A stretch of DNA of 64,000 nucleotides from Blastocladiella emersonii ATCC 22665 (lineage: Eukaryota > Fungi > Blastocladiomycota), in the NCBI GenBank assembly GCA_025594325.1, contig JANHCV010000007.1, positions 1,240,001-1,304,000 of the forward strand, in the 5' to 3' direction. Positions 1-9,605 of this stretch are shown piece after piece. How positions within the stretch are numbered: the stretch's first letter is position 1; the number at the start of each line of letters is the position of its first letter. The notes under the pieces were generated by a model that was given only the letters and a program-made list of their open reading frames with translations, did no database searches and was not told the origin of the DNA. The position numbers and the translations under genes are program-made.

Positions 1-531
1 GCACGATTCATGGAGTGGAGGGCGCAGGGTGGTTGCACCAGTGCATTGAGGGCGCAGATGGCCGATGATAAATATGCGCGCGGCGGCGGCGGTGAGGCCG
101 AGATCGTGCACCTGCTCCAGGGTAGCGAGAGAGGTGCGAGACGCGGGCGCGAGACGCGCTTGGAAAACACGCGATCACGGCGCACGTGGCGCGAGCTGAT
201 CCGTGGCGCCGGGCCCGATTGGCAGGGGAGGCGAGCGCTCGTCCCTCCGCCCACGTTCACGACCGCCGCGCTCGCCCTTCCTCTCGGATTCCCGCTCTCA
301 CGCACGCCAGCCGTCTCCACTCCCCCTTGCAACGTAACTTGTCTCCGGCCACACGGACCGGACGGCCCAGCGACCGACCCGACGACGGACGGCCAGATCC
401 TGCGGCCCACGACTGGCGAGTGTGTGAGCGAGAGAAGAGCTTGGCGCTTGATGTATCAACAACCCCGGCCGCCTTCTGCCCGCGCGACCGCTTCTTCCTC
501 CTCCCCGTAACCCGTCCCTCTCCCTTCAACC

Positions 532-1795
532 ATGGAAGGCATCGCCAGCCCACCGCCACTTCCACCACCACGCGCGCCGCGGCGGGTCGTCGCCGGGCTC
601 GACGTGGACGCGACGCTGCACGAGCACCGGATACCCATCTCGGCGTCGGCGGCGGCCGTCATCGGCAACATCGCCGGGTACCCGTTCGACTCGGTCAAGA
701 CGCGCATGCAGGTGACCCAGTACCCGAGCATCTCGCACTGCATCCGCCACACGTACGCGACCGAGGGCGTGCCCGGCTTCTTCCGCGGCATCCTGCCCCA
801 GCTCGCTACCGTCTCGCTGTTCAAGACGGCCTCGTTCTCGGCCTACGTCCGCGCCAAGGAGGGGATCATGGCCGCCGACGCGCCTGAGCGGAGGGGGACT
901 GCGGCGGGGCTGCTGCTCGCGTCGTTTGGCGGTGGGTTCTGCAGTGGTGTACGTGCTACCCTCGCTGTCCGAGAAACCGGCCGTTTACTAACGCGATCCC
1001 CTGCTGCAGATCTTCACCGCGTTCCTGACGCAGCCGCTCGAGCTGATCAAGGTCCTGCGCCAGCTGCAAGTCTTGCTGAGCCGCCAGGCCGCGCTCGCGT
1101 CGCCGGCTTCCACCTCTGCAGCAGCAGCAGGAACCGCGTCAGGCGCTCCCGCTGCGGCTGCGGCCGCTGCCATGGTCGGCTCGCCAAATACGCACACGAC
1201 GTACGGCATGGCGCGCGAGATCATGCGCGCGCGAGGGCCCACGGGGCTCTTCTTCGGGTTCGGGTCGCACCTCCTGCGCGAGTCGCTCGGTGGCGGTACG
1301 CTGTTTTGGTCTAGGTTCGGGTCGAGGTAGTGCTGACACGGCAGAATCCCGTAGCCGTCTACTTTTCGTCGTACGAGCTGTCCAAGTTCGCCATCGGCAA
1401 GGCCACGGGCGCCGAGCCCAACCTGCTCGTGCACGTCCTCTCGGGCGCCGTGTGCGGCACGTTTGCGTGGACTATCATCTTCCCGACGGACGTGATCAAG
1501 AGGTACCTTATCTCGTCCGACCTCGCACCGCGCCCACCACTGACATCCCGAACCCCAATGTAGCACGATCCAGCGCGACACGCTCGCGGCGCAACCGCGG
1601 TTCCGGTCCGTGTGGGCGTGCGCGAGCTCGCTGTACGCGACGGGCGGGCTGCGCATCTTCTACCGCGGCATCAGCGCCACCATGATCCGCGCCGCGCCCA
1701 TCCACTCGCTCAACTGGGCCGTGTACGAGGGCGTGCTCCGGTTCTGCACCCGCGAGTCCGACGACGACGCGGGCGAGCGCGCCGCAAGAGCATGA
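532..1795 (+). CDS. Mitochondrial carrier (SLC25 family; resembles the carnitine/basic amino-acid carrier group), 4 exons
   Basis: Three Px[DE]xxK signatures (YPFDSVKTRMQ, QPLELIKVLRQ, FPTDVIKSTIQ) fall in frame after removing introns 949-1009, 1296-1354 and 1503-1563 (GTAC donors, YAG acceptors). Also GFFRG, RESLGGAVYFSSYE and IRAAP motifs. Confidence 0.93.
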
Positions 1796-2120
1796 ATAGA
1801 GGCACGCGCGCTTGCTCGGGACATGGAGAGCATTACTTGTACTACCAACCAATCACCCTCCCAACGAACACACGAATGGGAATTTATCAACGGCACAACG
1901 TTTGAAGGGGGGATGAACAACGCGTCGTGGACTGCTTGCTTGTTCCGGCAAGTTCCCAGGCCGGCCAGCTGATCGGCGGCGACGCGTCACCGCTCGCTCG
2001 GCCTCGCGTTTCGCGGCCGACCGCTCTCGTTCCCCTTGCTGCTCGCCTGCCGCTCTCTATCCCGCCAGCTACTCCCCTGCAATGAAAGCTCAATCCATGT
2101 AACTACTAAGACCACACGCT

Positions 2121-3333
2121 ATGCTCGAGATCACGCCGCACTCGGACATCCTGTTCGCCCGTACGGCGACCCCCTCCCTCGCCCGACCCCGGCTCCCTTC
2201 CCTCACCCTTTCGACCCTACGGGTTTAGACGCGGGCGACTCGGTCGCGCTGCACCTGAGCAACCCGTCGCCCGACCGCACCATCGCCTTCAAAGTAAAGA
2301 CGACCGCGCCGAAGCACTACGTCGTGCGTCCCAACGCGGGCGTCGTGCGGCCCAACTCGCGCGTCGTCGTCTCCGTCACGGCGTGCCTGCAGGCCAGCGC
2401 CGGGTCCGACGCCGCCGACCGCGCGATGCGCGGCAAAGACAAGTTTCTTGTCGAGGGCGCGATCCTGCGCCCGCACGAGCTCGGCGCGGATGTCGTGAGT
2501 TTGGTACGCTACGCTTGCTCGGTGCCTGGCCGAAAGATTCGAGTGCCTGACCGCACGCATCGTAGTGGCCCGCCATCTCTCCCGAACGGATCCACGAGCA
2601 CCGCTTACGCGCCGTGTTCCCTGCGGGCACGCACGTTCCGAACGGCCACCCGCAGCACAACCACCAGCAGAACCACGGTGACCCGCTGCCCTACTTCGCG
2701 CACCCGTCACCGCCATCTTCCGCGCCGCCGGGCAGCTACCGACCGCAGCACGACGACATGACGCTCCCGTGCGAGTGGCGCTCACTGACGCGCCCGTCGG
2801 GCCACCCGCCGCCGCCTCCACCGCCCCCGCCGATCCCACCGCGCCGCGGGATCAGCCCGCTCCCGACCTCGTCATCTCGCGTCGGCGGCCTGGTCCGCGC
2901 CACCAGCGACGTATCGCACGACCGCCGTGCCGCATCGCCCAGCGCGATCCCCGTCCCCGTCAGCCCGCACCGCCGCGCCGCGTCGCCGCGCCGTCCGCCC
3001 GATTCCACCGCCTCGGGCGGCAGCGGCGCGTTCCGCCACCTCGACGCGTCCGTGACCGCGTCCATGGACCTTCCCGCGCGCATAGCCCGCATCGAGGCAC
3101 AGCACGCCGCGCTGTGGGACGAGGTCCAGGCGCTGCGCCGCGTCGTCGGCGCCGTGGACCTGGACGCCGTGGGCGAGGATGGGTATCACGAGAGGCGCAG
3201 GTTGGGTGCTGCTGGTTTGGGGGCTGCCAAGGTTGGGCCGGGAACGGCGGCCGCGGGATCGTCAGCGTCGCTCTGGATCGCCATGGTCGTCGCGATCGCG
3301 AGTTTCGCGGTTGGGTTGTTGGTGAGGGGATAG
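2121..3333 (+). CDS. VAP/Scs2-like protein: N-terminal MSP domain, coiled coil and C-terminal TM anchor, 3 exons
   Basis: MSP signature [19 protein letters not shown] and KDKFLV. Introns at 2161-2228 and ~2506-2565. Coiled coil [19 protein letters not shown] and hydrophobic tail [18 protein letters not shown] at the C-terminus. Confidence 0.88.
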
Positions 3334-3415
3334 TGTGGGGTTCTGGGACTTTATAAACCGTTTGCTTCAGTAACCTTGCGCGGTTCCGACTGTTCAAATG
3401 TAACTGTATTCAGAT

Positions 3416-3862
3416 TCAGGGATTTTTCAGCTGTTCCGGATACCCGTAGACCACTTGGTGGGCAAACTTGTGTCCCATGCTCTCCTGGTACTTGATCCAC
3501 TCCTTGCTTGGTCCCTGGACCGTGAAGAACCAGTATCCATCCTGCCCGGATTTGGGCTTCTTCTCGACAAGGTCTGGGCTGGGTTGGTGACGAGCAACGC
3601 CACGCTTTGGCCCTGGAGAACCTTCTGCGGCTGAAGGAGTTACGGGCGAGGCTTCGCGTTGCAGTACGAGCGGAAGCAACAATTCGAGATGGTTCATGGT
3701 GTTGCTGAACGACGTATTGATCCCTTCGAGCTTGGGCATGGTCCCGGTCAGCGCAAATCCGAGCTCGCTTACGTAAGCCTGAAAGTAGCCGGCCTCAAAC
3801 GCGCTCATGTCCATCAACCAGTCTGTTACCTCCTCTGGGCGGACATGAGCTGATACTTGCAC
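3416..3862 (-). CDS. Orphan ~148-aa protein, island-1 family copy A1
   Basis: Intact ATG-to-stop ORF with clear similarity to the ORF at 4598-5050 (AHVRP, TGTM, HLELLLPLV, GxWFFT, YQESMGHKFA). Confidence 0.7.
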   Translation of the reverse strand: MQVSAHVRPEEVTDWLMDMSAFEAGYFQAYVSELGFALTGTMPKLEGINTSFSNTMNHLELLLPLVLQREASPVTPSAAEGSPGPKRGVARHQPSPDLVEKKPKSGQDGYWFFTVQGPSKEWIKYQESMGHKFAHQVVYGYPEQLKNP

Positions 3863-4461
3863 GGCTTGTAGCGGAGCCCGACGAACACGCGTTGAGTTCG
3901 AGCGGGATGCACAAGCTATGTTGCAAACGTCAGTAAATGCGTCCGGGAATGCAGGACTCGCTCGAACGTGCCATTTGCAGGCTGCGCAGTTTCGACCTGC
4001 GAGTGGGTGCTTCCTTGCTCGCTCGCGTGCGACGCAGCTGCAAGCGGTGTCGAGTCGTTGGAAAGCATGGTTAGTGGGGAGCTAGTGCGGTGGTCGTCAG
4101 TTGTTGCTCTCGCCGTTCGCTTGAGAGAGCAAGCTCGCTTGGCCGCTCCCTACTCGACGGCTCACAACACGGTGCATTCATCCAGCTGTCATACCGACAT
4201 TTCGCTTGTGGCTAACGCGACCTCCAAACATGCTCTTATCCACAATAATGACTTGATGCTCGCGCTCGTCGCCATCGAGCAACAAACGGAAGCCAAGAAT
4301 CAAAGCCGTTTGCGCGCCGTCTTCGTTGCAGCTTTGGTGTGCACGCACGCGAAGAACGAGTTTCAAGCCGAGTGTTAAAAATATTCATCCATTCCCACCA
4401 ACATGACGTTTAGTGCCAAAAGCTGCTCCGAGCGCGACGGAGGGCCGTGGAGCAATCCGGT

Positions 4462-4486
4462 GCGAGACGCGTCGATCAATCACGTG
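4462..4486. promoter_or_regulatory. Composite element GCGAGACGCGTCGATCAATCACGTG (MCB-like ACGCGT + GATCA + E-box CACGTG), copy 1
   Basis: Identical over 25 bp to 39530-39554, with a variant at 37300-37323. All three copies are intergenic. Function is inferred. Confidence 0.55.
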
Positions 4487-4597
4487 AGGCGCGAGACACG
4501 GTCAGCGGAATGCTCCGTTGCCGACCAGCAATGCATTCTCGATCACAGATGCCAAGATGTAGCGCAAAAACTCCAAAAGTGTTGAAACAGATTGTAT

Positions 4598-5050
4598 TCA
4601 CCAGCGATTTTGAACTGCAAACTTGTGCCCCATGCTTTCTTGATAGGCGAGCCAGTCCATGTTAGGCACTCGTCTGGTGAAGAACCAGATACCGAACGCC
4701 GATTCGTGCGAGTATACCGTTTCCGACTTGAATTTGTTTAGACGTCGCGGAGGTAGGCCCTTGATCGGTCCCTGCGCCCCCTCGCAAGGAGCTGAGGCCG
4801 CCGAGTCATCTTCAGGTGACGTTACCAATGGGAGCAGCAGTTCGAGGTGCTCCACAACATTCGCCAACGAAGTTTCGTCGTCGAACTCGAGCATGGTACC
4901 AGTGACGACCCACGCGAGTTCTTTTGTGAATGCCTTGAGGCAAGCACAGTAGAAGGCACTCCTGCGCGACACGTAGCTCGAATCTTCCGCGGGGGGTGCT
5001 TTTGGACGAACATGCGCAGCCTTCAGCGAGTTGAGACTCGAGCTCTTCAT
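4598..5050 (-). CDS. Orphan ~150-aa protein, island-1 family copy A2
   Basis: Intact ORF paralogous to 3416-3862, with conserved blocks HLELLLPLV and WxxYQESMGHKFA. Confidence 0.7.
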   Translation of the reverse strand: MKSSSLNSLKAAHVRPKAPPAEDSSYVSRRSAFYCACLKAFTKELAWVVTGTMLEFDDETSLANVVEHLELLLPLVTSPEDDSAASAPCEGAQGPIKGLPPRRLNKFKSETVYSHESAFGIWFFTRRVPNMDWLAYQESMGHKFAVQNRW

Positions 5051-5918
5051 GCCGTCAGCGTCGTGAACACCTACTATTCACTAACGAAGTCAGCTTTGAA
5101 AGCCCGCTCTGACAAGCTGCTTGCGGTAAGGGTAGACCAACGCAAGTTCCGGCGAACGCGAGCGAACTTTGTGCTCGCAACAGGAACGGAAACATCGTAC
5201 CAGCATCGCTTCCCGACTTGGTGCACACGTCGAAGCCTGTCTCGCTTACACTCATTTTAAATTTGGTCAAACGAAGCTGCCCCGAGATTGGAGAATGTCA
5301 GCGTTCGTTGAAGACCAGTTTTCACGGAGTGGAAAAGTGGACTTGACAAGCGGATTGGCAGTGCGAGGTGGCGACCTGTGCAAAGGAGCGAAGGAGAGCA
5401 GACCGACTTGCATCGCGCCTGCACGTTTTGAGACGCATGTAGTCGTTCGAGATGGTCAGCGCACAGCGCGTGATGCGCTGCGCCACCTGCTGCCTCGGGC
5501 GAATAGCTTGACAAATTCATGAATGCGCTTTGTAGAACGCTGTATCTTGACGGCACCTGTTTTCGTTGCATGACTCAGGCAATTCAACACGTCTCAGCGA
5601 GGTTTTGAAGTAGTCTGGCGGTTTCCTCCACCTCCGCGACGACGTGGACTCGCGCTCCCACTGCCGAGGGATCGAGTCAACTTTCAGCTTAGTTGTCAAG
5701 GAGGTTCTTGAAAGCGGTGGCGATGCCGCGCTCCTCGAGGCGTACGAGGGTCCGACAATTCAATCACGACCTCGCAGGCGGTCCTCGGCGCGACCGAGAC
5801 GGATCACGCCTCGTGAGCGACTCGATCGTTTCGTGGTGTACATATCCCGCGTCGTTCCACCATCCGTTCGCCGCTTATCCCACTCAAACATGAGTTTGTT
5901 CAAAACAAACATCTCTTT

Positions 5919-6359
5919 CTATTCATCAGGCTTTGATTCGCTGGAGCTCTCGACTGGTTCCGTCTTGTCGGTACCGTCCGCTTGCTCGACTGAGCGCAGC
6001 TTCGTCGATTCGTGCGGAACAAAGGTCCAGTGTCCGTAGAGTGCCCAGCGGGCTGCAGCGCGAACTTGTGTGACGGCAGCGAGGTCTCGGGGAACTGGCT
6101 CTTGGACTTGTTCAATCAATGATTGAAGGTGAAGGTAGATCTCCTTGACATCAGGTTTATCGGAACTGTAAGGTTTCTTGGTCACCGTTTTTGTAAAGCG
6201 CCGGGCAAACACGAGAAGCCGGTTGTAATCGGCCTGCTTTACAGTGTCGAGCAAGGGTCCTGGTGGCTTCGGGACCAAGTGCGACGGGCATCCTCGCATC
6301 GGACGCCGAGGAAGCGCGGCAGCATGCATTCGAGCCATATCTGGGGCGTAGCTGGCCAT
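5919..6359 (-). CDS. Orphan ~146-aa protein, island-1 family copy B1 (reading frame stays open upstream to ATG 6605)
   Basis: Paralog of 7038-7532 (RRPMRGxPSHLVPKP, KQADYNRLLVF, EPVPRDL, QVRA..RW..YG.W.F). ATG 6359 (MASY) aligns with the MASN start of B2. Confidence 0.72.
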   Translation of the reverse strand: MASYAPDMARMHAAALPRRPMRGCPSHLVPKPPGPLLDTVKQADYNRLLVFARRFTKTVTKKPYSSDKPDVKEIYLHLQSLIEQVQEPVPRDLAAVTQVRAAARWALYGHWTFVPHESTKLRSVEQADGTDKTEPVESSSESKPDE

Positions 6360-6660
6360 GGTTGGGGAAAATGCTGTAGGTCGGATGGTGGCCGTAGCGG
6401 TGAGGGCGGCGACACGGCCGTTTTGGTCTGAAAAGTGTCCTTGGTGGTCGTATCCGGTGTTGGGACTCTCTCGCGACCAGCGCTGCAACTCGACGTGAGA
6501 GAGACAGTGAGTGACTGGGTCAGGAGGAGCTGTGAGGAGGACGGCCACGTTGCCACAACTCAATGCACAGACAGAGCAATGGATTGACAAGCCGTTTGAA
6601 TGCATTCACGACAACGTACATCAGAAAGATGGTGTGATTCCGTACTGCGCGACGGCATGC

Positions 6661-6678
6661 GATCATGATGTGACGTCA
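6661..6678. promoter_or_regulatory. Duplicated upstream element GATCATGATGTGACGTCA containing the CRE/ATF palindrome TGACGTCA (upstream of B1)
   Basis: Identical over 18 bp to 7777-7794, at the equivalent position upstream of paralog B2. Confidence 0.5.
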
Positions 6679-7037
6679 TGAGCACGCGGACATGTTTGCG
6701 CGTCCCGTCTCGCCACGCGACGCTGGGGCACAAAAACGAGAACAGTTGCAGACTCGATCGCAGATGATGAGAACATGCAGCGCAAAGTACTTCCAAAAGC
6801 GCTGAAACGGGTTTTGTTCACCAGTACGATGCCAACAGACTATCAGTGGGAGCGGATTGCTGGATAACGCGAGAGAGCAAAGTCCTGACAATTTATACCG
6901 CTATTTTCGGCTCAGTTCGTGCATGCTCCGTTGCGCGCGACTCGCTGCGTTACCTGAGCGCTGCACTACTCCTATGCTGCGGCATAAGACGAGAAACAAT
7001 CTCATATCCGTGTCGCATAAATGACATGTATATTTTT

Positions 7038-7532
7038 CTACGCAGGTCGTTCTCGCATCTCGTTGACCGAGTTCGGATCCTCGCCCATCTCCTCCTCCAA
7101 ATCGCTGGACCATGTCGTGCTCGCGATATCGTGTGAATTGGTCGACGCAAGCAGTTCAAAGTGCCAAACGCCGTAGATTCCCCAGCGCGACGACGCGCGG
7201 ACTTGAGCAGGAGCGGTGAGATCTCGAGGAACTGGCTCTCGAACGCGGTATGGCAACGATTCGAGGTGCTTGAGGACCTCGGCGTCAGACGGTTTCTTGG
7301 CAAGGTATGGCTCCTGCGCAACGCGCGCCGTGAGACGGCGGGTAAAGACGAGCAGCCGGTTGTAGTCGGCCTGCTTGATAGTGAACAGGGGAGGCCATGC
7401 CGGCTTCGGAACCAAATGGGATGGGTGTCCGCGCATCGGGCGACGAGGTCGGGCGGCCGCATGAATCCTGGTTGGGTTTGGCGCGAAGCCAACCACGGGT
7501 GGGGAAGCAGAGGAATGGTGGTTGCTGGCCAT
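7038..7532 (-). CDS. Orphan 164-aa protein, island-1 family copy B2
   Basis: Intact ORF with extensive identity to B1, as above. Confidence 0.72.
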   Translation of the reverse strand: MASNHHSSASPPVVGFAPNPTRIHAAARPRRPMRGHPSHLVPKPAWPPLFTIKQADYNRLLVFTRRLTARVAQEPYLAKKPSDAEVLKHLESLPYRVREPVPRDLTAPAQVRASSRWGIYGVWHFELLASTNSHDIASTTWSSDLEEEMGEDPNSVNEMRERPA

Positions 7533-7776
7533 GGTCCCAGTGCGACAGTTTGCGTTGTGGCAGAATACGCTTGAAGCGAGCGCTTTTTGTTCAGATGCTC
7601 AGCCAAGGAGCGTGAGAGCGAACAGGTTTGGGAGATAAGCGGTCTGGGCGGCTGCATTGCCGCGATTCCAAGCACGGACTGAGCTCTAGCGCGCAGTGGT
7701 TCAGCAAGCCATTTGAGTGCATTTGCGAAGATGAACATCGGCACGACGAGGGGAGCAACGCCGCGCGACGCTGGGT

Positions 7777-7794
7777 GATCATGATGTGACGTCA
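7777..7794. promoter_or_regulatory. Duplicated upstream element with CRE/ATF palindrome (upstream of B2)
   Basis: Identical to 6661-6678. Confidence 0.5.
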
Positions 7795-7971
7795 CAGACG
7801 AGCTCACATGCACGCGCATCCCGTGCCCCGTCTGCTCGACAGCGTCACGACACGGCAGCACGACCGAGAACACACAAGGACGAGGACGACCGGCCGACGA
7901 GGGGCGACATGGCGCAACGAGCGAAATGAACCATGAACAGCTGGAGGTCCTCGGCGTGGCCGCCCGACACG

Positions 7972-7995
7972 GCGAGTGCGAGTGCGAGTGCGAGT
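7972..7995 (+). repeat. (GCGAGT)4 hexanucleotide microsatellite
   Basis: Read directly from the sequence. Confidence 0.85.
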
Positions 7996-8137
7996 GGGGT
8001 AGGTCCACGTTGAGCGGTCGGGAACCACCCACTTCGCGGCCGGCGGGGCGACTCCATGCACTAGACCGACGGAACCGTCGCAGTTGAGGTCGGTTGGTGA
8101 CATGAGCCAGGACTTGGACTTGGACTTGACCTGGACC

Positions 8138-8646
8138 TCATGTCGGCCGACTGGGACCTGGAGTCGAGGAGTGGACTGGGAAGTTAGTCGAGATCCTTGA
8201 AGAGAGAATCGAGCATGAGCGTACCAAACAAGGTCAGTCCTTGGTACAGAAGCTGAGCTTGATGGCGACGTGCTTGAACGTGCGCGAGCAGGCGCGCGGG
8301 ATCGAGATGCGTCGCGAAGATGGCACGGAACAGCTCGCACTCGGTGAGACGGACACCTGAGTTCGAAGCAAAGTCAGTTTTCCAGTCCTTTGGAAGCAGC
8401 CGTGCGAGCGTACCGTCATGGTGAAGGACCCGAGTCAAACTTGAGGTGGTCCCCGTTGACCGAAGTTGAGCCCCGCCGTTGACGCGCGCGATGAAGAACA
8501 CGAGACTACGGCACCCTAAACATGCAGTGGAAGCTGAGTGAGCACGGACTCGGAGTGCGAGGAGCGGTGGATCCGCTGACGGATCTCGAGTACTTGGACG
8601 TGATGTTGACCTTGTGCGACGGCGTGTGGTTGATTATGCAGCGCAT
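8138..8646 (-). CDS. Putative 3-exon orphan protein (~125 aa)
   Basis: ORF 8184-8501 is bounded by a TAG acceptor (8507-8506) and a 49-nt GTACGC...CTAAC...CAG intron (8224-8176). Exon 1 from ATG 8646 joins in frame through a weaker GTACTC donor at 8593. Confidence 0.3.
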
Positions 8647-9605
8647 CGTCGATGCGGCAGGCGGTCCATGTCGGGCGAGCCGAGGAGGTGTGGACGAGGA
8701 CCAGGCGGCCGCAGCTGGTCCGAGAGCGACGCGCCGGTGCGCCACCCGCCGCTCGCCGGTGCAGAACCACCGCGCCGACCTGTACAGTGCCGCGCCGGGT
8801 ACAGACGCAGACTTGGCCGAGCTGGATAAGGTCGAAGCCTACATGAGAAGGTTGCGTGAAGGAACGTGAAGGGACGTGAAGTCCGTCGAGATGTCAGGGA
8901 CGCGTTTCACGGAAACATCAGCGGACACGGACGGTGCCAAAGAGCGACGACGACGCGTGGCTGGCACTCGAGGCCGCGCGGGTTCTCGTGGGCGGCTGTA
9001 CAGGTGCGACTGAACGCGGGGACAAGCCCCGTTGAGCGAGCCGTCGACCAGAGCGGCGCGGCACCGCGGCGGCGTACCGTGATGCCAAACTTGATTCGCT
9101 CGATCAGCGCGACGGCCGCGCGGCGGCGGAGCGCAGGCAGCGGCGGCCGGGGGCGACCGCATCATCGCGGTGCGAGTTCATGGGTGTTGGGGCGTGCAGC
9201 AGCAGCAGCAGCCGAACGAGGGCGCGCGCGGGTCGTCGTCGAGCGATACATGGTGCGCGAGCGCGACGTTCATGGAGCCAGCGGGGCCGGGCCGCCGGCG
9301 CAAGCACGGAACGCGCGTTCGTCTGTGGCCCGCACGCGACTCTGAAACGGCACGCGTTGCGCCTCCGCTTCGAACTCGGCGGACTGTTGGGCTGCGTGAT
9401 GCGAGGAGATATCTTGGTTAATCATGTACATGCGGGGAAGGGAGGGTGCCGGGTCGTAGTAGGTCATGGGCCCCGAGCAGAAGCGCGCCGCCCGCTGCAG
9501 GACGAGGTCCGACGCGGTACTGAACAAGCCTCCGCCACTGAGCGAGCTCTTGCGACATTGATCGAACTCGCGTATATTCCGAGTCGTATCATCAACGACG
9601 ACGAC

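Noticed and set aside
4479-4486. ATCACGTG as a point-centromere CDEI element
   Set aside because: No adjacent AT-rich CDEII or CDEIII. Point centromeres are restricted to Saccharomycetaceae, so an ordinary E-box is more parsimonious.
3400-9100. Transposon or provirus call for island 1 (also considered for island 2)
   Set aside because: No transposase, RT, integrase or capsid motifs, terminal inverted or long terminal repeats, or target-site duplications could be seen. Kept as orphan clusters.
8839-9530. Small ORFs between island 1 and the TAF5 3' end (including a poly-Cys frame)
   Set aside because: No consistent splice model, start context or similarity, so they cannot be supported.
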